In this document: piece after piece, positions 11,910 through 24,900 of the stretch
How the letters are laid out: every line of letters begins with the position of its first letter
How positions within the stretch are numbered: position 1 is the stretch's first letter
Source: Macrostomum hystrix
Lineage: Eukaryota; Animalia; Platyhelminthes
DNA length: 64,000 nt
Reading direction: 5' to 3'
Assembly (NCBI GenBank): GCA_950097015.1
Contig: CATNEN010000024.1
Coordinates: 3,162,001 to 3,226,000, forward strand
The notes under the pieces: model-generated
Database searches by the model: none
Told to the model about the DNA's origin: nothing
What the model saw: only the letters and a program-made list of their open reading frames with translations
Program-made: the position numbers and the translations under genes

Positions 11910-14900
11910 CTACTTGGCTGTCGCCGCGGTGCTGTACCTCTGCAGCAGGCGGGTGTTGCAGGTGTCGCAGACTCTCTCGGGTTTAGCTGAGCTGGGTAGC
12001 GGCAGTCGCTGATTTGAGCAGTCATCGCAGAACACGCCGCCGCAGTTGCGACAATGGTGCTTCCGTCTGGCGACGGAGAACTGCCGGCTGCACTGCTGGC
12101 AGCTGCTAACCTGACGTTCGTCCGTCCATTCAGCCTGGCCGGCTCCGACGGCAGCTCCGGACTGTACGGCGAGTCCGACAGACTGCTGCTCGGACAGTTC
12201 GCTAAGGCGAAGCTTCAAGGCGGACAGCTGGCCGGCCATCTCGGCCAGAGCCTGCTCCTGACCGGACACGGTCTCGCGCAGCCGGTCCCGCTCCTCAGTC
12301 AGCGCCGCTGCAGCGGTTGTCAAGTTGTCGCCGCTGGCATCCTTGCGGCAGGTCAGGCTCGCCTTGCGCTGCTGCTGCTGCTGTTGCTCCTGGGCATCTT
12401 TCAGCTCTTCCTGAAGGCTGACGCGCCATTCGCGCTCGATGCGCAGGTCGGCTTCCAGTGCCGAGCGCTGAGCCTCGGCGTCGGCCACCTGACGGCCCAG
12501 CTTCCGGGCGGCCTCCTCCGCGCCTCCCAGCTGCGATTCAGCATCGGCTGCTGACTGTATGGGGTAAGGGAAACGCTGTGAGTACTGTGCTTAACTTTGG
12601 TAATGACGAAGAGCGGGAATTTTTTGAGTACACCAACATTTAATGAAGCAAACAAACAAGCTCAACAGTCTCAATTCCTGAGAGCAGTCTAACAATGCCA
12701 CACACTCTGAGCAGTCCAACAATGCCACACACTCTGAGCAGTCCAACAATGCCACACACTCTGAGCAGTCCAACAATGCCACACACTCTGAGCAGTCCAA
12801 CAATGCCACACACTCTGAGCAGTCCAACAATGCCACACACTCTGAGCAGTCCAACAATGCCACACACTCTGAGCAGTCCAACAATGCCACACACTCTGAG
12901 CAGTCCAACAATGCCACACACTCTGAGCAGTCCAACAATGCCACACGCTGTGAGCAGTCCAACAATGCCACACGCTGTGAGCAGTCCAACAATGCCACAC
13001 GCTGTGAGCAGTCCAACAATGCCACACACTCTGAGCAGTCCAACAATGCCACACACTGTGAGCAGTCCAACAATGCCACACGCTGTGAGCAGTCCAACAA
13101 TGCCACACGCTGTGAGCAGTCCAACAATGCCACACACTGTGAGCAGTCCAACAATGCCACACGCTGTGAGCAGTCCAACAATGCCACACGCTGTGAGCAG
13201 TCCAACAATGCCACACACTCTGAGCAGTCCAACAATGCCACACACTGTGAGCAGTCCAACAATGCCACACGCTGTGAGCAGTCCAAAAATACCACCCACA
13301 CACTGCGAGCAGTCCAACAAATCGGTGAGTGTCCCTACAGCGTACAGTTGAATCACGGACCTGCTCAGCCCGCTGAAGAGCCGACTGCAGTTCTTCATTC
13401 TTGGCTTCGAGTCGGGCCACGAGTGTCGCCTTGGATGCCAGCTGATCCTCACGTTCGCGCAGCTTGGCCGACAGATCCAAGCTGAGCGTCTTGATCTCCT
13501 CCAGCTGGCGCCGCAGAGTCACCAGACTGTCCTGCTTGTCGTGGACGTCTCGCTCCAGCAGGCGCACCGCCAGCTCCAGGTCTGTCCGTTCGCGAATCTG
13601 GCGCTGAAGCTCGCGCTCCAATTCGAAACGATTTTGCGTCTCCTCTTTAAGGCGACGCTGCAGCTCCTGGTAGAGCTGGTCCAAGCCTTTGCGGCTCTCC
13701 TCATGGGTCTGTCGCTCCACTGCCATATCTGAGAATTGATTAGATGGCTCAACTCAACCCACACATTCATACAACTATTGAATCTACCCTACCTAGCTCG
13801 TGAATCTATCGTACCTAGCTCTTGAATCTATCCTACCTAGCCACTGAATCTACCCTACCTAGCTACTGAATCTACAATAACTAGCTACTGAATCAACCCT
13901 ATCCAGCTACCGAATCTACCCTAACTAGCTACTGAATCTACCCTACCTAGCTACTGAATCTACCCTACCTAGCTCGTGAATCTACCCTACCTAGCTACTG
14001 AATCTACCCTACCTAGCTACTGAATCTACCCTACCTAGCTCGTGAATCTACCCTACCTAGCTCGTGAATCTACCCTACCTAGCTACTGAATCTACCCTAC
14101 CAAGCTACTGAATCTACCCTACCTAGCTCGTGAATCTACCCTACCAAGCTACTGAATCTACCCTACCTAGCTCGTGAATCTACCCTACCTAGCTCGTGAA
14201 TCTACCCTACCTAGCTCGTGAATCTACCCTACCTAGCTCGTGAATCTACCCTACCTAGCTCGTGAATCTACCCTACCTAGCTACTGAATCTACCCTACCT
14301 AGCTCGTGAATCTACCCTACCTAGCTACTGAATCTACCCTACCTAGCTACAGAATCTACCCTACCTAGCTAACGACTCAATAAACTGAATCTGAAGCAGC
14401 TGCAGCCGGGCTCTCACCGGATTTAACCGCCTCCTTCTGCTGTTCGTGAGTCGCCTGCAAGTTGGCCTTCTCGGCTTCCAGGCCAGCTGATCGCTCTCTG
14501 GCCGCTGTGAGCTCAGCCCGCAGCGCCGCAGATGCCTGTCGTTCGTCAAGGAGGTCGCGGTGGCTCTTGTCTAGCCGGTCCTGCAGAGCCTGACGCTGAT
14601 TGCTAAGTTGGGCAAGCAGCTCCTCCTGATAGTTGATCTGATCCTGCAGGGCGCAGGTGTCCGGGCCTAGAAACAAGCGGCATTGAGCAGTTGCGCCTGA
14701 TAATTAGCGTGAGTAGTTTGAAAAAAAGCTGGAGAAATGGGAAAAACAAGAGGAGGAGCAGTCCATGAGCTCGAATCTGCGGCGAGGCCTTGTTCATTTT
14801 GGGGCTTGTCGCGCAATTTACGCCCATTGTGGTCTCTCCCCAATGCACAGTAAGAGTGTACACTGCTTAATGATGAGAAAGTTTGGACTGATGTACACAC

Positions 14901-15692
14901 CTGTGTGAGTGTGGGACTGTGAAGTCTGTGCGTCTCTTCTGTCTGGGAAGAGGATTTCGCAAGAGCATCTCCTAACTAGGAGAAGTTAAATTTTTATCCC
15001 GGACTCAAAGCCCTACCCTCTTGACTAGCTGTAGCGCCGTCCTCCTCGAAGCTCCTAGCCATGTACAGGCTGTAGCGAATCTCGCGCAGCGGCTGCAGCA
15101 GGCTAAGCGCACACCGCTTGTAATCGAATGCGTAGTCAATGACGCCAAGCCCAATGAGCAGTCCGCAGACAACCTGGGCATCTTCGTGCAGCAGCAGGGC
15201 CCCCGGCAAGTAGAGCTCGCGCAGCCTGGCCTCCTGTTGCTGCAGCAGGGTGCGCATTGCGTTAGCCAAGGATTTGCGCATCAGCATGAGGCGACACCAG
15301 GCGCGCAGGCGGCCAAGTCCGCTGCCGCGAAGGCCGGCCAATTCCTGCACTGTCTGGGTGGCTTCGCGCGCCTCCGGGCAGACGGCCGGCAGATGCTCAA
15401 TTGTCGGCCAAGGATTGCTAGTCCGTTCGTTGAATAGCAAACCGGAGCGCGATGGTCGCAGGCCGTGACAGAACACGTGATCAAGCATGGTCAGTAGTTC
15501 GGACAGGGCGTCCTCGGACATTGACCGGCCCCTGGTGACAGCCGAGTCTAGCACAGACTTGACAGAAAGTCGGAGAGCGTGTACAATGTTTTGACGTTGA
15601 ATAGCCAGATTTCCGGCGTCTGCTGCTGCTGCTACTGCTGCTGAATTAGTGTCGCTGCATCCAGCACTGTCAGCTGAATCTGTGCGCTGCAT
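11910..15692 (-). CDS. RUFY: RUN and FYVE domain protein (RUFY1/2-like); exons 15692-15017, 14666-14418, 13728-13361, 12554-11910 (645 aa)
   Basis: RUN domain (GRLRAWCRLMLMRKSL, LYLPGALLL), long coiled coil, FYVE motifs WTDE / RRKHHCRNCG / RVCDTC; all three introns GT-AG and phase-consistent, total 1938 nt. Confidence 0.93.
12675..13320. repeat. 27-bp minisatellite (CTGAGCAGTCCAACAATGCCACACACT), ~23 copies, RUFY intron 3
   Basis: Direct reading. Confidence 0.96.
13780..14370. repeat. 22/23-bp minisatellite (GAATCTACCCTACCTAGCTACT / ...CTCGT), RUFY intron 2
   Basis: Direct reading. Confidence 0.96.
14760..14915 (+). mobile_element. SINE family A, partial copy in RUFY intron 1
   Basis: B-box-like GAGCTCGAATC followed by GCACAGTAAGAGTGTAC...ATGAGAAAG...ATGTACACACCTGTGTGAGTGTG, matching the copies at 26880-27233 and 42529-42878. 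Confidence 0.75.
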
Positions 15693-16860
15693 GACTGACG
15701 GCTAGAAATATCAACCGATGCAACTAACTTGTACATCATTGAAACAAACAACCATTATCAGCATGCTGACACTTTCTTTTGGGAAACTTTTGGTACTCTT
15801 TGGAACATGGCTGAACAAAAACTGAAGGCCTCATAAATCTAGCTGTATTGGAAAGGACATTAGACACAACTTACCCACCTTTTGATAATTTCATAATTAT
15901 ATTGGCTACATCTATGAAACTATAGTATGGCTAATTATACAGGAGAGATCAGTTAAGCTTTTTTATACTAGGTAAGTTACCTCATAAACTATAAGTCACT
16001 GAAAAGAAGGAAATTAGCTAACTAATTTAATTCATTAGAGACCCTCATGCATATTTTATTAGCTATGATATTAAAGCCTTGATTTACCTTAGTTATAGCA
16101 AAAAACATATTCTCTGGTAGCTAGATACATAAAATCATAATGTCCAATCAAACAATTATGAAAATGATTTATATGCATAAAATAGCTAGACTATAATATT
16201 TCATTCCCTGAAAACAAATATATATTTTTTACATTGTTTGACCTTAACATTAGGTAGTTAATAGGGCCTATTTGTACATTTTATTCTGGTGCCAATAGTT
16301 TTGGAATTCTTCAATCTAGTCTAATAGAATTAGTAATATTATCAATGGACAATGCAAACTATGTACTAATTAAACAAGCAATAAATATAAGTTATAAGCC
16401 TATAACTGCTGTTAAAATTATGTTCAATTTTACCATAAAATCACACATAGTTTTTAATTACTTTTAGATAACATGGTTCAGGAAAGGCCATAGGCCTAAT
16501 ATCTGTAAACTAAAAACTTAGTTAAACAAATTCATTTGTGGAACTTTTCGGGTAGGGCCTATGCTTCTGTAGCAATTTAAAAAAATAACATCTGAGTCAC
16601 ACAAGAGTTTCTTGCTTGCTCCCGATATTAGCAAGACGAGAATGTTCACATTAGAAACGGTTTTGTGTGGTTCCTGCAAAAAGCAACCTCTTTTGCTGGT
16701 GCTCCTTTTATGGTTTACCATTAGGCCTATACCTGTGCTTTAAAAGTAAAATAACTATCTGGCTCCTATACGATCATTGGCTACAAAAACCAGAGATTAA
16801 GTTCAGAACATCTGCGGTTGCTGAACTGATTGCTGGAAAAAATAATAATAATGAATAAAC

Positions 16861-16911
16861 CAAGGACCACTAGAAGAATAACTATATTCTTCAATCTTCT
16901 AGTGGTCCTTG
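16861..16911. mobile_element. 51-bp micro-MITE: 17-bp perfect TIRs (CAAGGACCACTAGAAGA), 8-bp TSD GAATAAAC (hAT-like)
   Basis: Inverted repeat and flanking direct repeats (16853-16860, 16912-16919) read directly. Confidence 0.8.
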
Positions 16912-17379
16912 GAATAAACTAGGCCTACTACATGTGCAATTAGCTACGCAATGTTTTGAATTTAGCATGTTATGAGCAGAAAATATAACTGATTATGCTT
17001 TCATTTCATAAAGTTAAAACTATTATTAACTGCCTAAGCAAGGTATAAAACATTCATTTTATACGAGGTAGAACAGTTCACCTACAATTTTTCGAGAACT
17101 TAAAAACTTTTGTTTACTTACCAAGAAACAGCGTGTTAAAACGTTATACATATAATTCCTATTGAAATGTAAAAAAAGAATGTAACAGACGTTTGCCTCG
17201 GAATTTTTTTTTCAAGCACTTACAGAAATCGTTTATTATGTAAGGTTTTGAGAATAGCAACTCTGACACAAGCGGCATTTTGGTTTATTCATAATCCAAC
17301 TTTTTGAAAAATACGTCGAGGTCCGTTTAACAATTAATAGGCTAATATCGCTTATACCATCGCTTTAGGATAGCTTGTA

Positions 17380-18158
17380 ATGGCCGTAAACAAGGATAAG
17401 AATGAACTTCCAACTTTCGATTTCATTGCAAAGGACCGCATATGGTTAGTAATAGCCCTTCTCGGAAGGCGTTTTAATACTTATATTATGGTATTCTTTC
17501 AGGCAACTCCTGTATCCCAAAATTTTGGCTGTATAGTGTTAAGTTAAATCATTCTTAGAAAAATCAAATATACAGATCAAAGTGGACAGTTCTCAAGTTG
17601 CTCCACTATGTTTTTGAAAACCAATCATATGTTAAAAAATTAAATTAGCTCATCCAAAACTACACTACCCATTGTTTCTCTTCAGGAAGGATCATTGTGA
17701 CAAAGAAAAAGGCTTTGCAAGGCACTGGGAGAGCACCTGGGGATTTATGGCACAGTCATATGAAGAGGTTTGTGTTGAAAATTTCGTAACTAATCGATAT
17801 AATTATTTCTTCTCGAATTCAATCAATTCAGTTTAGATTAAATAAAATGGATATACATCACTAAACCTCAATCGACCAGGTGATCAAAGAAGAACTGCCC
17901 AAACTGCGCGATCCCGAACGTCAGCAGCGTCGTCAGCAGCTGCAGCAGGAACAGCTGAAGGCAGAGCTAAAGCACAACACCGACGACAGCACGCTGACTG
18001 TCGAACCATCGCCGAAGCCGGTGCCGCGCACAACCAGCCGCGAAATTGGCTGGCGCTCCGGTCAGCCGTCGCTGGCGCTGGACAAGTACGGCAGGGAGGC
18101 CAGGTCGCGGGGCTCGCTAATTCGCCAGTTTAATTGGCCGACAGAGGCGCTACCATGA
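17380..18158 (+). CDS. CIMIP1: Small ciliary microtubule inner protein, C20orf85/CIMIP1 (LLC1)-like; exons 17380-17444, 17686-17767, 17880-18158 (141 aa)
   Basis: Reconstructed ...KDRIWKDHCDKEKGFARHWESTWGF...EE|VIKEE...PSPKPVPRTTSREIGWRS...FNWP matches the remembered family pattern (DEIWK..W...WGF; PSPPVPQTTQGFIGWRS; WP); phase-consistent introns. Confidence 0.8.
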
Positions 18159-18640
18159 GACCGTATCATTTTTCGCCGATTATAACTATGGAAAGGGGAC
18201 TGAATTTTGAGACGGAAAGTTATGCCGGTTTATTTTTTCTTTCAAGAAAGAAACTTGCAAAATCCAATTTTTGACGATTTTTTTTCACGTTCTCTTCTAG
18301 CCGTTCGATGTTTACGATTTTACCTTCAGCTTGTTTTTACATTTTTGTCCGCAATATTTACGAGATGATCCCTTTACTTATTTGATTCTCTTTTATTTCA
18401 CTCTGAAGCCAAAAAAGATAAAAGTTTACCTGTCACAATATTCTAAACACTAGTCGATCAATGCTCAAGCTGTTATATCGATTTATATTTGCTTGCTTTT
18501 TATTCAAGATTGCCAAAAAACTCGCTCACAGTCGATTCTTTCACGATAAAATTTTGTTTATCAAGTAATAAATACTTTTTTTGCTTTCATAACTGTGTTT
18601 GTCAGCATTCACAGAAATTATTCACTTTTCAAACTTTATT

Positions 18641-18806
18641 TACTCAAAGGTCGTGGGTTCGATTCCCGACTCCAGTAGAACAATTTGCGTCCTATAGCTC
18701 TTAACTCTGCATTATTTCAGTTCACCCAGTTGTTAAATGGGCACCAGCATTTGCTGGAGTAATTAAGGGTTGGGTGTGGTGCCCCCAGTATGGACTCAAC
18801 GACCAC
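18641..18806 (+). mobile_element. SINE family B, 5'-truncated
   Basis: B box GGTTCGATTCC plus core TTCAGTTCACCCAG-TGTTAAA-GGG...GTAATTAAGGGT shared with the copy at 35010-35252. Confidence 0.75.
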
Positions 18807-19289
18807 TAATTGTTATTTAATTCAAAGAAAATATAAATGGCTTTTAAGGTTTTATCATCAAAACAGTTTTTACTATTTAAACGCGCACATTGGCACGGTT
18901 ACAAAATAGAGGAAACTTACATTGACGCTTTTGTTGTTAAACGGCCTTGTCCAATCTGGACTGCAGGTCAGCCCTTGTGGGGGCTCTATTGACGCTTTTA
19001 CTGCTTAACTAAACAATCTTGTCGTTGCTTTTATGCTGTGCTCTGTCAATAAAAAATTATATTATAAAGTCCAAGGAAGCTTAGTGACAAGTTGCACAGT
19101 GACAGCGACGCAAAATGAAAACGACAAGACAATAGATTAAATAATTATGCAACACTGAAACCTGACAGAAATATGTATAGAAAATATTTTTTGGATGTCA
19201 AGGGTTGCTTGATCATGACATGACATTAGATGCTTTTTAATAGTTAGAGCTACTCATGAGAGGACTTTTCTGATTGGTCTGGAGCCTAA

Positions 19290-20335
19290 GTGTACATCAG
19301 CAGGGGACTGTTCGGATTGGTTTTGGGCATGAGTGTACATCAGGGGACTGTTCGGATTGGTTTTGGGCATGAGTGTACATCAGGGGACTGTTCGGATTGG
19401 TTAGGGCATGAGTGTACATCAGGGGACTGTGTTGTAATTTACCGGTCGGTACCGTCGGCAGTTCGCCGACGCGGTAGTAGGGGTTCGGGTACGGACCGCC
19501 CAAAGCTTGCCGGAGGAGGAGGGATGGGAAGCAGCGACCCTCGAGGCGTTCCGACACAGCGAGAGACGGGATGGGCTTGGAGCGTACAGACACTCGCTAA
19601 GCCCGGCACAGAAGGATGCGCGAAGGCTTTGACTGCGAGCGGGTAGCCACTCGACAGCCCCAGAGAGAGGTGGATGACGGTCTGGAGGCGTACCGACGCT
19701 TCGCAGACTCGAGGGAAGACTGGAGGAGAAGGATGATGATGATGAGCTTTTGGCAGCAGCAGAGGTCGGGCAGAGGAACAAGGTTTGAGCACGGACAAAT
19801 AAATAACTCGTTAATGGTTTTCTTACCGGGTGGGATCGAACACTGCACTCATGGCAATTAGTGTAGCTCAGGCTGCGTAGTTTATTATTGTATGGATTGT
19901 TCGCTTCTAACTCAGGGCAGCGTTCTCACAATAGTACTCGGGAGGCGCGGGGCTGGCCACGGGCAGCGCGCGCTAATAAATAACAGCGTGGGGTGGGGCA
20001 AGGGCATAGGGCTGGACGGGGTAGGGCTAAGCCACGCAGGGCTGGGGTGGGAGCAAACACACAAGGCTGAGAGCCGAGAGAGAGAGGCCGGCTAGCCAAT
20101 CAGAAGTCTCCTTGGCGAGAGGCCTGATTGGAATAGCGAAGACGGCCCAGGGGGCAGCCAATGGGCGAGCGACAAACAACGATAAAGGAGGGTGGCCTAA
20201 GACGGGGCCGGGTAGAACTGAATTGAGCAGGTGGCCGGGGTGGAAGGGTTAGAGACACAGGGGTCGGAGCAAGGTCATTGTGAGACGCAGCTCACAACAA
20301 CTGTTCGGATTGGTCAGGGGCATGAGTGTACATCA
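19290..20335. repeat. 40-bp minisatellite (CATGAGTGTACATCAGGGGACTGTTCGGATTGGTTTTGGG), ~4 copies, split by a solo LTR
   Basis: Three units at 19290-19429; the interrupted unit resumes at 20300. Confidence 0.88.
19430..20299. mobile_element. Solo LTR (870 bp), TGTTGT...ACAACA termini, 4-bp TSD ACTG
   Basis: Termini and TSD (19426-19429, 20300-20303) read directly; removing it restores the minisatellite unit; internal CCAAT and AATAAA motifs. Confidence 0.87.
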
Positions 20336-20964
20336 AGGAACTGGTTGAATAGGTCAGTATTGTGAGTGTAAATCTGTATTAATGGCTCAGACTGGAATGA
20401 CAACCAAGCTTAATTTTCCATCAGCTAACAATGCAAGGCTTTTCATACGGCAATAAGAGTACTGAAAATGTAAGAGAACACTTCACAAATCAATTGTCAC
20501 CATTTTTACGCTAAGTCAGTTAAATATACCAGGAAAAAAGCAAGTTACAAATTTTTTGTTAGCTTCACAAGTATTAAGATGGTCGCTATTTACATAATAG
20601 CGATTTTCTGCTAAGCAACTACTACGAATTTGAAAAGAAGTATTAAGAGACGCATTCTAGGTGAGCTTGGCAAAATTGACTGACATTGAAATTTCTGTTC
20701 AATAGAAATTCGCTAGATGACAAGTTGCTGCTGCGATAGACGCAAAAGTAAAATTTTCTAAATCTTAGTTTTGCTACTCGGCGTCTATGTACAGCGACGC
20801 ATATTTGCAACGCATCATTTGTGTCGAGAAGATACATAAATAGTTAATAGAAGGGCAAATCATAAAATCTGCTTGGTTAAAAGCGCACTTTTCTACAGTT
20901 TAAAGACTTAAAGCATCATTAGTTGGCTGGCTTAATTTTATTGTACCAACTGAAACACCCCAGC

Positions 20965-21880
20965 ATCCCATAAACACACCAGCAAATTTCTGTGCTCCCC
21001 ATAAACACACTAGCAACTTTCCGTGCTCCCCATAAACACACCAGCAACTTTCTGTGCTCCCCATAAACACACCAGCAACTTTCTGTGCTCCCCATAAACA
21101 CACCAGCAGTTCTCTGTGCTTCCATAAACACACCAGCAGTTCTCTGTGCTTCCATAAACACACCAGCAGTTCTCTGTGCTTCCACAAACACACCAGCAGT
21201 TCTCTGTGCTTCCACAAACACACCAGCAGTTCTCTGTGCTTCCACAAACACACCAGCAGTTCTCTGTGCTTCCACAAGCACACCAGCAGTTCTCTGTGCT
21301 TCCACAAACACACCAGCAGTTCTCTGTGCTTCCATAAACACACCAGCAGTTCTCTGTGCTTCCACAAACACCCCAGCAGTTCTCTGTGCTTCCATAAACA
21401 CACCAGCAACTTTCTGTGCTCCCCATAAACACACCAGCAGTTCTCTGTGCTTCCACAAACACACCAGCAGTTCTCTGTGCTTCCACAAACACACCAGCAG
21501 TTCTCTGTGCTTCCACAAACACACTAGCAGTTCTCTGTGCTTCCATAAACACACCAGCAGTTCTCTGTGCTTCCACAAACACACCAGCAGTTCTCTGTGC
21601 TTCCACAAACACACTAGCAGTTCTCTGTGCTTCCATAAACACACCAGCAGTTCTCTGTGCTTCCACAAACACACCAGCAGTTCTCTGTGCTTCCATAAAC
21701 ACACCAGCAGTTCTCTGTGCTTCCATAAACACACCAGCAGTTCTCTGTGCTTCCACAAACACACCAGCAGTTCTCTGTGCTTCCATAAACACACCAGCAG
21801 TTCTCTGTGCTTCCATAAACACACCAGCAGTTCTCTGTGCTTCCACAAACACACCAGCAACTTTCTGTGCTCCCATAGAC
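20965..21880. repeat. 30-bp minisatellite (CATAAACACACCAGCAGTTCTCTGTGCTTC), ~30 copies, just 3' of the PEPCK stop
   Basis: Direct reading. Confidence 0.97.
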
Positions 21881-21944
21881 ACTTTGAATTTTCTGGTAAA
21901 TAAGGAGACACTGATCCAGAAAATCACGGTCAGAATTGAGTATT

Positions 21945-24900
21945 TCAGGCCTTCTGTAGCCGCTCGCCCAGCTGTTTCAGCTCTTCGCTAATTGCCTGCG
22001 GCAGGTCCCGGTGCAGCTGGCTAGAAAAGTAGGTCTCGAGCTCGCGGCACTCCTTAATCCAGAAATCGGTCGGCACAGAGTAGAGCTCGCCGAGGTCGAC
22101 GCGCTCTTTTAGGCCGTCCAAATTCAGTCCTTCCGGCTTTGGGACGTGGCCAATCGGCGTCTCAACTGAGCAGTCTTCGCCGTCGATTCGGCGACAGATC
22201 CAGTCAAGAACGCGGCAATTCTCACCGAAGCCAGGCCACAGGAAGCGACCGTCGGCGCCTTTGCGGAACCAGTTGACGTGGAAGATCTTTGGCAGCTTTA
22301 GGCCGGGCTTCTCATCGAAGCTGAGCCAGTGATCGATGTAATCAGCGAAATTATAGCCAAAGAACGGTCTCATTGCGAACGGGTCGTGCATGATCTCATT
22401 GTCGGTGTGCTCGGCCGCAGCTGTGGGCTCCGAGCGCATTGAGGCACCGATGAAGACGCCGTGACGCCAGCTATTCGCTTCGAACACCAACGGCACGCCG
22501 GCAGGCCGACGGCCCCCGAAGATGATGGCGCTGATTGGGACGCCCTCCGGACTCTCCCAGCAGGGATCCATGGAGGGACACTGTGAAGCTGGGGCGCAGA
22601 AGCGGGAGTTGGGATGCGCCGCCAGGATGCGATTGTTCGGCGTCCACATTTCGCCCTTCCAGCTGGTGACGCCGACGGAGGTGTCCACCTGATGGGGGCG
22701 GTGCGGAGTGACAAGATTCAAGGAGTGATCACTGCTAGAATGGGACAAGATTCGTGGATTGAGCACTACTAGAAGAGTGGCAAGATTCGTGGATTGAGCA
22801 CTACTGGAAGAGTGACAAGATTCCTGGATTGAGCACTACTGGAAGAGTGACAAGATTCGTGGATTGAGGTGTGCTGGAAGAGTGGCAAGATTGGTGGAGT
22901 GAGGCATGGAATGTGTGCTAGAAGAGTGACAAGAACTGTATAAAGATTAGCAGCAGGACAGGGACAGGGAGTTGTGGCGAACCTCTTTCTCGAGGCCCTC
23001 CCAGTAAACGCCCCCGTCGTCAGTCTCGGCCACGTTGGTGAAGATGGTGTTCCGCTGAATGGTCTTCATAGCATTGGGGTTGGTGTGGCTGCAGGTGCCA
23101 GGTGCAACGCCGAAGAAGCCAGCCTCCGGGTTGATGGCCCGAAGGACGCCGTTTGAGTCGAATTTCATCCAAGCAATGTCGTCACCGACGCATTCCACCT
23201 TGATAAGATTTGAATATAATTTCGATGCATAAATCGATCATAAATCGAACCACTAGGCTACGAACGCGCTCAAAATATCAAACGGCCGAGACGGCCCTAT
23301 TAAAGTCAACCCAGCTGCGTTATGTTTCTTCCGAATGAGTTCATTCTCTGGGCCCTCCGATTTACTCATGATTTAGGGCCATATGTTATGCTGACACCTC
23401 CTAAAGCTCAAGTAAAGGTCGAGCCGACCTGAAAAACAGGTATAAAGCTATATATCAGCAGTATAACGTTTATCTAATATCCAGGCACTCGAAAACCAGC
23501 AAGCGAGTAGATACACTCGTGCTCTGGTGTGCTTTAGATTGGACAATGAGCTGCTGAGTTATAAAAACATTCTCGGCATTTCATTTCTCACAACAACCAA
23601 TAATATACAGCTAGGTGGCACTAATACACAAATGAAGGGGCAAAGTCTACGGGTAAGTTAACAGTGACACAATTGATAAACGTGGCTTGAAATAACTTCC
23701 TAAAACTGCCCTACACTTTTCAGGGTTGTTTAACATGAGTACAGACAGACCCCGATATTTTTCCCCTAGTAGGGAAAGACCATGGGTGGGTATTTCAAAT
23801 GCCTACTTCAGATTAGCTCCCACACCGAATGACCGATTTCCGTGAAAGTTTTACGATGAACTAACTTTCAAAACCGTCCAACGTCAGCATCGTTGAGACA
23901 TGCAGCGATTCTTGTCGTAGACACAGGTGACAAGGACAACTAACATTGTTCTGTATGGCGAATCTATTTTGGTTGAATAATAAAAAACTAACAAAATGTT
24001 AATATAAGAACAATGCTAACCTGCACGGTTACATAATTAAATTTTGTGGATAGAAAAAATTATGTCGAAATTGGTGGTTTTGTCGCAAGACATCCCGAAG
24101 AGAATCATTATATCTCGACGACCCCGATGCTTTGTGATTATGGAAATTGTTTAATCGGATAACGGAAAATTTTATCACGTGTTCTGAATTGTCATGCCGA
24201 TAGGCAGAATATTTTGGGAGAAACTGGAAAAATATGTGAACAATTTAAATACCCCCATTGTTGTTTTTCTACTGTAAAACATGGCTAGATTTATTAGAAA
24301 TGTCTTGGGCGAAGCGTATCAGAATTGCTTTCTTGCTGGCTGTGGTTTGCCAGGTAACCCATCAGTGCCTATGCACATCCCTCTGCGAAAATTATTTTTT
24401 TATAAAGATCATTGATCCAAGGATTTTCAAAATTCTAAAAAAATCCAACCTCTACTCGTACATGTCTTAGAAGTAGCTGTCAATAGTAAAGTCTACACTT
24501 CATGTACTGCGTAAGGAAAGAGGATGTAAACAGCAAATGTCCAGCTTTGTTTCCATAGTCCATGTGTACACATGGCAGGTGCATTTAGTAGAAGCCCCCA
24601 AGTAGACTTGGGCACGTGCACAGTGAAGTGATGCCAGAGAATGATGCAAGAGTTGCAAAGGAGAATAAAAGTGCACGAAAGTACGCACGCAACTGGCATA
24701 TTTGCTGAAGAAATGCCGTCAATGATATACCACATACGTATATAGATGGTTTGGAATTATTAAAAATGTATATTCAGAACGTGGAGACCACACTACAATA
24801 GTCAATCCAGAAAAACTAGTCAAAAACGTTTAGAAATGTATACTCGTATCATATTCAATACAGGATACGAAATAGATTACAGAGGCCTTATAGATTGAAG

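Noticed and set aside
12054-15437. Antisense ORFs overlapping RUFY (and similar ones over ENaC, PEPCK, transposase and Six4/5)
   Set aside because: Shadow ORFs expected opposite GC-rich coding exons
17190-17262. RFX X-box upstream of the ciliary gene
   Set aside because: Only half-sites (TAGCAAC); expected by chance
19290-22935. 30-40-bp repeats resembling CRISPR repeat lengths
   Set aside because: Head-to-tail with no unique spacers, no cas genes, eukaryotic context
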